From positions 1-64,000 of the IMG/VR virus record IMGVR_UViG_3300037483_000594: a stretch of 64,000 bases of DNA. One strand, given 5' to 3'. Shown in pieces: positions 57,899 through 64,000 of this stretch. The notes under the pieces were generated by a model that worked only from the letters and a program-made list of their open reading frames with translations, ran no database searches and was not told where the DNA came from. The DNA comes from a virus. A program made the position numbers and the translations under genes. The number at the start of each line of letters is the position of its first letter. The first letter of the stretch is position 1.

Positions 57899-58523
57899 TC
57901 TGCGCCTTGTAGAGATACGTGACGTGCTCCCCGTGACCCAGCTCGAACGTCGCGTCATTGAGGGTCTTGACGTGGTGTCTGCGCACGGCGAGGACTTCAA
58001 CTTCGTCCACGAGGTGCGCATAAACGGAGTTCGCTCCCCCAGTGTCACCGTACTCAGCGGTACGCACCTCTTGGCCCAGATTCCGGAAAGTGAACTGAAC
58101 AACGTTCTCATCTCGTTCTACGTGATCAGCGCCAGGTTCACACGCACCAAACGAAAGAGTGAGATCAAGTTTCGATTCAACGGCAGCGCCGTGGCCGGTC
58201 TCGAGCGGCTGGCCCAACTGTTTTTGAAAGTGCTGACACAGCGCCCCTCCACTTTTTCAAAAATGGGTGGAGGACTTGTCGATGCAGTTGGCCGAGGCGG
58301 TAACACGGTGTCAATGACCGCCGACCTGCACCGCGCTGTGAGTGTCACACGCCAGCAGCTTTTGGCGCAGCAGGCCGGGAGCACTGTGTTACCGCTCGAT
58401 GAGCAGCTCCAGGACGCCCAGCTTTTGGACGCCAAGTACGACGCTACAAAGCGTTCGGTCGTGGGTGTTATCCTTTTGAAAAATCGAAAAGGTGCTTCTT
58501 CAACTCTGGGGTTGCCTTTGTAG
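57891..58523 (+). CDS. Baseplate wedge (gp25-like) protein
   Basis: GLERLAQLFLKVL...GGGL...EQL; immediately upstream of the baseplate-J-like gene. Confidence 0.55.
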   Translation: MLDLRLVEIRDVLPVTQLERRVIEGLDVVSAHGEDFNFVHEVRINGVRSPSVTVLSGTHLLAQIPESELNNVLISFYVISARFTRTKRKSEIKFRFNGSAVAGLERLAQLFLKVLTQRPSTFSKMGGGLVDAVGRGGNTVSMTADLHRAVSVTRQQLLAQQAGSTVLPLDEQLQDAQLLDAKYDATKRSVVGVILLKNRKGASSTLGLPL

Positions 58524-58532
58524 GAGGCTGTC

Positions 58533-61500
58533 TTGCCGACCATAAACTGGGAGCTGTTGCTCATAGAGCGGTTGCGCGCGTTTGACCCTACCATCGACAC
58601 CTCCGCAGGGTCTGCCGCCCGGGAAAAGATCATCACGCCTCTCTTGGCGCGACTGTCTCCGGATGTGCTGGAGGTGAGCCCTGAGAAGTTCATCCTGACA
58701 AGGCTGCAGCAGGAGCACCCAGAGCTCTACATTCAGGACGGCGGGTCAACCAACGACGTGCTCATTGGGCCGGCCGCCACGATCCTGGATGGCATGCGGA
58801 GAGAGATCCGGGAGGTTCGCAACAGCATCAGTCTCGCGAACCCAGACACGCTCAGTGCTGACGATGTTGACGCGCGGGTCGAGAACTTTTTTATTTCTAG
58901 GGATCTCGGCGCCTACGCGACGGTGCGCGTTCGTCTTTACTTTTCAAACCCAGTCGCTGTGGTAATCGGCACGGCGAATACGGGGTACACGGCAACCTCC
59001 TTGCGGTTTGTTCCGGTGGCCCCTTCCCGGTTCACGGCGTCGACGGTGTTGTTGAACAAGGACAGTTCGGGGCTGTACTACGTCGACGCTTCTCTCCGAG
59101 CAGAGCGCCCGGGGGCCGCGTACAGCATCGGGGCTGGAGAGATAATCGGTATGACCGGGATGCCGGCGGCCGTGCGGGTAACGAACCTGGACGCTGCTAC
59201 GCCCGGGCGAGACAGTCAGACAAACGCGCAGCTTATCGATGCCACTGGGTTCAGCCTCGGCGAGCGCTCGCTCAACACGCTCTCTGGTATCAATGCCGTG
59301 CTCAAGGTAAAGGAGTTCCCGGCCATTGACCTGTTGCAGGTAGTCGGCTTCAACGACGAGGAGATGCAGCGGGACGTCGTCTCCGGAGGTGGTCTCGGGC
59401 CTATCTTGTTCAACGGCTCTGACATCTTCACGGTGGACGACGGGGACGTGGACGGGTACACCAGCGTAGTTCAGTTCACGGCGTTTAACGTCACCGGTTC
59501 TTTGGGGGCTATAGGCACTGACCTGTCGGATTACGTGCTCACCACGGCGGACCTAGCGGGGGTGTACGACTTCACCCTGGGTGAGGTGCTGAGCAGCTCG
59601 AGTTTTTCGATAGCCGAGTCGTACACGGGGACCGCGCGTATCAGCGACGCTATCGCAGGGACCGGGTGGACTATCCGGAGAGGAGACGTGCTCCTCCTCT
59701 CCGACATGCCTGGAGGTATCCTGTTTCCGAGCTCTGGTGGGGTCACCGTTTCCGTCCCCCCGGGGGAAGTGCACGTAGGGTCCTGTACAGACATCTTCGT
59801 GCGTGGCACAGAGCTCGAGGAGCGCGCGTTGGCAGTGGCTGTGGCGGCTGATCAGGACGCGTTTGTGTGGGGGGAAGACGCCGCGATAACGTTGGGGGAC
59901 GATGAGATAGTGCTCAACGACCTGAGTGACGACGACTGGGCACTCACAACGGTCGGGATGAGCATCCACATCGAGACAGGGTCCCCGGCAAGCTTCCGGG
60001 TCATAGAGGTGAGCGGCACAGGGGTCCTTCCACGGTTCGTCCGGGTGACCGAGCCCATGCCCGCGACGTTGACCGGACTCTCCTACGCGCTGGTAGACGA
60101 TGTCGACATAGACCTGGTAGAGCCACGTGTGCGGAAGTGGGAAGGAAACGATCTGGCTTCGGTGGCTGGGTTGCCCGATGTCGAGACCGGAAGCGGTCTC
60201 CCCAACTTTGTGGCAATCGGAGTTGTCGCTGGGGACTACCTCCGCATTCTAAACGGTGATGACGCCGGAGAGTACGAGGTGCTGGGGGCCACGGTGTCGA
60301 AAGTCACGCTCGTCACCCCACTCAACAACACGGCCGCCCCGCTGCAGTTTGAAATCTACGCCAAGCAAGAAGGCGTAGCCTTGCCGGTGGTGAGGGTCAC
60401 AGAGGTCGAGTTGCTGGACGGTGACGCTGTTCCCACAGGGGACGTCGTCCCATACCGGGTTCCCGTGGACGTACGCTCCAGGTCCTTTCAAAACCCGGGG
60501 CGTGGGCCTACGGCGGGGAGTGCCGCTTCACTGTCCGGGGACACCCTAACCGCGGTGTCACACGACGTGTTCACGAGCTCGGACCCGGCCCTAAACTTTT
60601 GGTCTTTGGGCGTGCGGGTAGGAGACAAGGTCAACATCATCGGGTCGGACAACCACGGCTACTACACGGTCACGCAGGTTGGGGGTGATCCGTCGGCTAC
60701 GGTGCTCGACAACCAACTTCGTGTCACGGAGTACGTCGGCTTCTTGATCGCTGGGATGGAATATGTTGTCGGCCCGGTCTCCTACGGGTCATTTCGCGTG
60801 TACTTCAAGGACCCCTGCGCGTGTGAAGTGACCTACGCCGACACCGCGTTCGCAGTGGACGTGCTGAGCGAGGACCGCTGGTTTAGGCCGGACCCGTTGG
60901 TGGCGGCGGAGCTGCTGCCCACTACGGTCACCGCTCCTACCGTGAAGTTCACAGCAGCGTCTGACACAGTCGAGACTTTCTTTCCGGACGGGTCGGTCCT
61001 CGACCCGATGGCGTTTGACCTTCGAGTGGGAGATGTTGTCGAGATCGCCTACGTCCCTATCGTTGGGGTCCTTGACATCACCACCGCGAACGTTGACGGT
61101 ACGACCCTGCTCATCGATGTTGGGCAAGGCCCGGAGCGTGTCTTCCTCACGGGCACCTCAGCTTCGGTCGACGACATCGTTGATCAGATCAACGCGCAGC
61201 TCAGTCTGACGGTCGCGTCAAACTACGAGAACCCTGCTGACCCTGGAAGTGAGCATGTTATGCTGCGCGGGGACTTTCCCGTCACCCTGCTAGACAACAC
61301 CGTGGACCCGGCCTTCGTTGACGGCACAGCGCTTGTCTTTGGCGCAGTGCGTAACCAGGCTCCGGACCAGGTCTTTCAGCCGTGGTGGGCGGCCACCCCC
61401 TTCGCGGGTGCGGACACCACAAACAGCTCCCCCACCGGGACCTGGGGGACCTACGTCGTGGAGTCGCTGACCGAGACCTCGTTGACGCTGCGCACTTGGT

Positions 61501-62318
61501 TGGCGTTTCCGTCGTGGGTGCCCTCTTTGCCTTGGACAGGCCCAGGGGCCGGGTACACTGTAGCGCAAGATGACCTCGGGGCTTTTGTGCACGTGCGCAG
61601 GCTCGGGTGTCAGCGAATCGGTGCGACGGCCATGTCGCAAAACGTCGATGAGACAGGGCTGTTCTACTTCGATGTGGAGGCTGTGAGTGCGGGGCACGGT
61701 GACGAGTGGAACATCGGCGCCGACGAGGCGGGCTCGGTCAGCGGCTACACGTCGGAGGGGTGGGCTCTCCGGACAGAGAGCATCACCACCTCCTACTCTA
61801 TGGCCGAACGGCTGTGGCTCGACATCTCTCCGCGGTTCTCCCCGGCCGGAGACCCGGACGACTGGACGTCGTCAATAGAGCTGGCTGGGCGGGCGCTACA
61901 GGTCTCTTACCAGAGGGATGACGTCGTCCAACAGGTGCATGACTTCGTGCGGGACAGGACGACCAGGGTAACCTGCAACAACCCTCTTGCCCGCTCTCTG
62001 CTCCCTGTGTTCGTCCGAACGAACATCGTGTACAGCGGGGGGTCCGCCGCTTCTGTGGTGCGTGGAGAGCTGGAGGCTTTGATTCGGGCGGTCACTCCTG
62101 ACAACTACCTGGAAGCGTCGGATGTGGAGTCCATCGTATCCAGATCCGGGGCAACCTACATCCAGCACCCCATCACGCTGGTTGGGCTTGCTCACCAAGT
62201 CGACCGAAGTGTCCAGGTGGAGCGCTCGCTGGACAGGATCAGCTTCAGCCGTCTCTACGGGCTACAACCGGATGAGGACGCTGGAGAGTCATTGATCGTT
62301 TTGGACCGTACAGCCTAG
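58533..62318 (+). CDS. Baseplate J-like (gp6-type) wedge protein with a large insertion
   Basis: GSxxR/DVLI, FFISR..G.YAT..VRLYF, AERPGAAYSI, VTN..A.TPG.D.QTN.QL. Confidence 0.75.
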   Translation: MPTINWELLLIERLRAFDPTIDTSAGSAAREKIITPLLARLSPDVLEVSPEKFILTRLQQEHPELYIQDGGSTNDVLIGPAATILDGMRREIREVRNSISLANPDTLSADDVDARVENFFISRDLGAYATVRVRLYFSNPVAVVIGTANTGYTATSLRFVPVAPSRFTASTVLLNKDSSGLYYVDASLRAERPGAAYSIGAGEIIGMTGMPAAVRVTNLDAATPGRDSQTNAQLIDATGFSLGERSLNTLSGINAVLKVKEFPAIDLLQVVGFNDEEMQRDVVSGGGLGPILFNGSDIFTVDDGDVDGYTSVVQFTAFNVTGSLGAIGTDLSDYVLTTADLAGVYDFTLGEVLSSSSFSIAESYTGTARISDAIAGTGWTIRRGDVLLLSDMPGGILFPSSGGVTVSVPPGEVHVGSCTDIFVRGTELEERALAVAVAADQDAFVWGEDAAITLGDDEIVLNDLSDDDWALTTVGMSIHIETGSPASFRVIEVSGTGVLPRFVRVTEPMPATLTGLSYALVDDVDIDLVEPRVRKWEGNDLASVAGLPDVETGSGLPNFVAIGVVAGDYLRILNGDDAGEYEVLGATVSKVTLVTPLNNTAAPLQFEIYAKQEGVALPVVRVTEVELLDGDAVPTGDVVPYRVPVDVRSRSFQNPGRGPTAGSAASLSGDTLTAVSHDVFTSSDPALNFWSLGVRVGDKVNIIGSDNHGYYTVTQVGGDPSATVLDNQLRVTEYVGFLIAGMEYVVGPVSYGSFRVYFKDPCACEVTYADTAFAVDVLSEDRWFRPDPLVAAELLPTTVTAPTVKFTAASDTVETFFPDGSVLDPMAFDLRVGDVVEIAYVPIVGVLDITTANVDGTTLLIDVGQGPERVFLTGTSASVDDIVDQINAQLSLTVASNYENPADPGSEHVMLRGDFPVTLLDNTVDPAFVDGTALVFGAVRNQAPDQVFQPWWAATPFAGADTTNSSPTGTWGTYVVESLTETSLTLRTWLAFPSWVPSLPWTGPGAGYTVAQDDLGAFVHVRRLGCQRIGATAMSQNVDETGLFYFDVEAVSAGHGDEWNIGADEAGSVSGYTSEGWALRTESITTSYSMAERLWLDISPRFSPAGDPDDWTSSIELAGRALQVSYQRDDVVQQVHDFVRDRTTRVTCNNPLARSLLPVFVRTNIVYSGGSAASVVRGELEALIRAVTPDNYLEASDVESIVSRSGATYIQHPITLVGLAHQVDRSVQVERSLDRISFSRLYGLQPDEDAGESLIVLDRTA

Positions 62319-62578
62319 CGTCCGAGTTCGACGACGACCCCCGTGAACGGGGACCACAGGCAGGAGCACGCAGTACAGCGGAGGTTGTGCCGAGGGACCA
62401 AGGACGGGGTCATGGCCAGCTCCAGTGAAAACTCTTTCCGCCCTCGGCCCGCCTTGCACCACGGGCAAAGGCACTGCTGGTAGAAGTCATCCTCCTCCTT
62501 GCTTATGAGCGACAGGATGTCCTTTTGCCCCTCCAGCGCGGTGCGGAGGTCGTCAGTGTCCATCAGCTTGAACTTCAT
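62315..62578 (-). CDS. Zinc-ribbon protein
   Basis: MKFKLMD...CPWC...CTAC...SPFTG. Confidence 0.65.
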   Translation of the reverse strand: MKFKLMDTDDLRTALEGQKDILSLISKEEDDFYQQCLCPWCKAGRGRKEFSLELAMTPSLVPRHNLRCTACSCLWSPFTGVVVELGR

Positions 62579-62635
62579 GTGGTCAGCATAGCGCCGGGGC
62601 GTGTACCTCTGATAGTATATTTGCGGAGGACTCTC

Positions 62636-63220
62636 ATGGCATTTCCCGGAAGTTCTGACTTTCCGCTCAGTGCTGACGCACTCCAGTCGCGCATAGACCA
62701 CGTAGACATCAACTTTGCGCAAGACGTCAACTTCCTTTGGCTTCAGGTGCAGGCGCTGCAAGCTTGGCTTCTTGGTCGGGAGACAGCACGGTTGCGCACC
62801 ATGAGGTACGACTACCTGCAGGGTGCCGCGCCAGACCACGAGGTGTCGTTAGGGACCTTCACTCTGGACACGACGAAGATACACCCCAGCTCGGAGCTGC
62901 GTGCGCGGTGTATGGTAAACTCGACGTTCTCTGTGCCTGGGTATACGCGCGTGCACATCGATGACCTCGGCCCAGTGGGTGCCCCTGCTGCCCCTGTGCG
63001 CATAACCGCGAATGCGCCTTCCGGGTTTTCTATGGAGGCCACCGCCTCCGGGCTGGTCGTGCTCACCACTGACCCGTTTGTACTCGGAAGTGGTGTTGGG
63101 TTTCCCGGGGTGGGGCAGATCGCCACTGGGCACAGGATGTACGACATTGTTGTTTTACAGACGTCGGTTGCTGGTGATACTGTCGACGTAGGGTTCGCTG
63201 AGTTGTTCGAGGAGGTTTGA
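62636..63220 (+). CDS. Putative virion protein
   Basis: GGAGG RBS; MAFPGSSDF...VQALQAWL. Confidence 0.65.
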   Translation: MAFPGSSDFPLSADALQSRIDHVDINFAQDVNFLWLQVQALQAWLLGRETARLRTMRYDYLQGAAPDHEVSLGTFTLDTTKIHPSSELRARCMVNSTFSVPGYTRVHIDDLGPVGAPAAPVRITANAPSGFSMEATASGLVVLTTDPFVLGSGVGFPGVGQIATGHRMYDIVVLQTSVAGDTVDVGFAELFEEV

Positions 63221-63221
63221 G

Positions 63222-64000
63222 ATGGCGTGGCTGTCCACGGTCTCTGGGTTCGGGTCAACATTGAACCTGAGTTTGGCAAACGGGACGGAAGCTACTTTTT
63301 TGCTGCGGCGCCTTCTGCTCGAGACAGGCGCCTGGACCAGCGTCAAGGACTCGGACGGGACGACCTACTCAGCCACTGGGTCACAGCTCACGCATCATGG
63401 CTCGGGGGCCGGGGGGTTGAATAACAACAACGCCTGGTTCGTGCTCAGGGATGCCACGGGGCGTCAGCTCCTTTTTCAGCGTGGTTCTCTGCACTACTCG
63501 TGGAAGGTGTACTACTCGAAAGCTGCCGGTTTTGTGGAAGGTTCCCCGGCGGCCACTGCCACGCCGACGGCGACAGATGTTCGATATGTTTCAAACACGT
63601 CTGACGCTTACATCTCGCTTTTTCCGTCTTCCGGGTCGCTTCGTTGCAACGCTTTCGCGCAGACCACACCGCACAACACGTGCTACAGCTTCAACCTTAT
63701 CTGTCGAGTCGTCGGCACTGGGGCAGTTGCCGGAAGTATCTTCATGCACGCGCTGGACGAGGCGCTCAGCTATGGAGCAGACGGAGACCCGTGTGTGCTT
63801 TTGGCAGACGCAGGTACCCTCGCCGCGACAACCGGTGCAGCGTTGGGGAGCGAAACAACGGCAAAGGTGCGTGGTTGGCAGCGTTACGGGGAGGTTGACG
63901 GTGACTTTGGGCCGATGTGTCTGCACTACTTGTCAAACGATACTCCGAAGACACGGACCGGGTCTCCGTACCTTACCAACCCTGTACCGTTGGACCCCAC
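63222..64000 (+). CDS. Putative tail-associated protein (3'-truncated, not in ORF track)
   Basis: GGAGG RBS; MAWLSTVSG...DSDGTTYS...NNNNAWFVL...; frame open to the window end. Confidence 0.7.
   Translation, partial: MAWLSTVSGFGSTLNLSLANGTEATFLLRRLLLETGAWTSVKDSDGTTYSATGSQLTHHGSGAGGLNNNNAWFVLRDATGRQLLFQRGSLHYSWKVYYSKAAGFVEGSPAATATPTATDVRYVSNTSDAYISLFPSSGSLRCNAFAQTTPHNTCYSFNLICRVVGTGAVAGSIFMHALDEALSYGADGDPCVLLADAGTLAATTGAALGSETTAKVRGWQRYGEVDGDFGPMCLHYLSNDTPKTRTGSPYLTNPVPLDP

Noticed and set aside
1-64000. Stop-codon reassignment, DGR/retron, integrase or transposase
   Set aside because: TAA, TAG and TGA all end tightly coupled genes under the standard code. No reverse transcriptase, recombinase or transposase motifs were seen.

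Overview
64 kb of a large, GC-rich tailed-phage genome, probably a jumbo myovirus; the host cannot be determined from the sequence. Almost all genes are on the + strand. Virion genes lie at both ends: a 5'-truncated tape-measure-like gene and a tail gene (1-4920), then a baseplate hub-like gene, a sigma factor, Ig-domain, wedge and baseplate-J-like genes (47.9-64 kb). Between them is a ~43 kb block of small, tightly coupled accessory genes. It includes BRO-N, a PLD nuclease, MYG1, HNH-HTH, a TopoVI-A-like TOPRIM protein, radical SAM, an MmcB-like nuclease, methyltransferases, DnaJ, a pentapeptide-repeat protein, a second sigma factor, an AAA ATPase and a lytic transglycosylase, plus many paralogue families. 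Three observations stand out. (1) A ~320-nt structured ncRNA candidate at 42.58-42.90 kb contains a circularly permuted tRNA mimic (T-arm, looped acceptor stem, D-arm; YrlA/Y-RNA-like topology). It lies directly downstream of a conserved coiled-coil gene, and no Ro60 gene is in the window. (2) A candidate replication origin at 43.4-44.1 kb carries eight ACTGATCA boxes and an AT-rich inverted repeat; the same box is clustered over the promoter of the HNH-HTH gene at 11.7 kb. (3) A nine-gene tandem paralogue array has a fused stop/RBS/start junction. A recurring TATAAG promoter-like motif is also present. All family assignments come from motif recognition by eye; no database searches were run.
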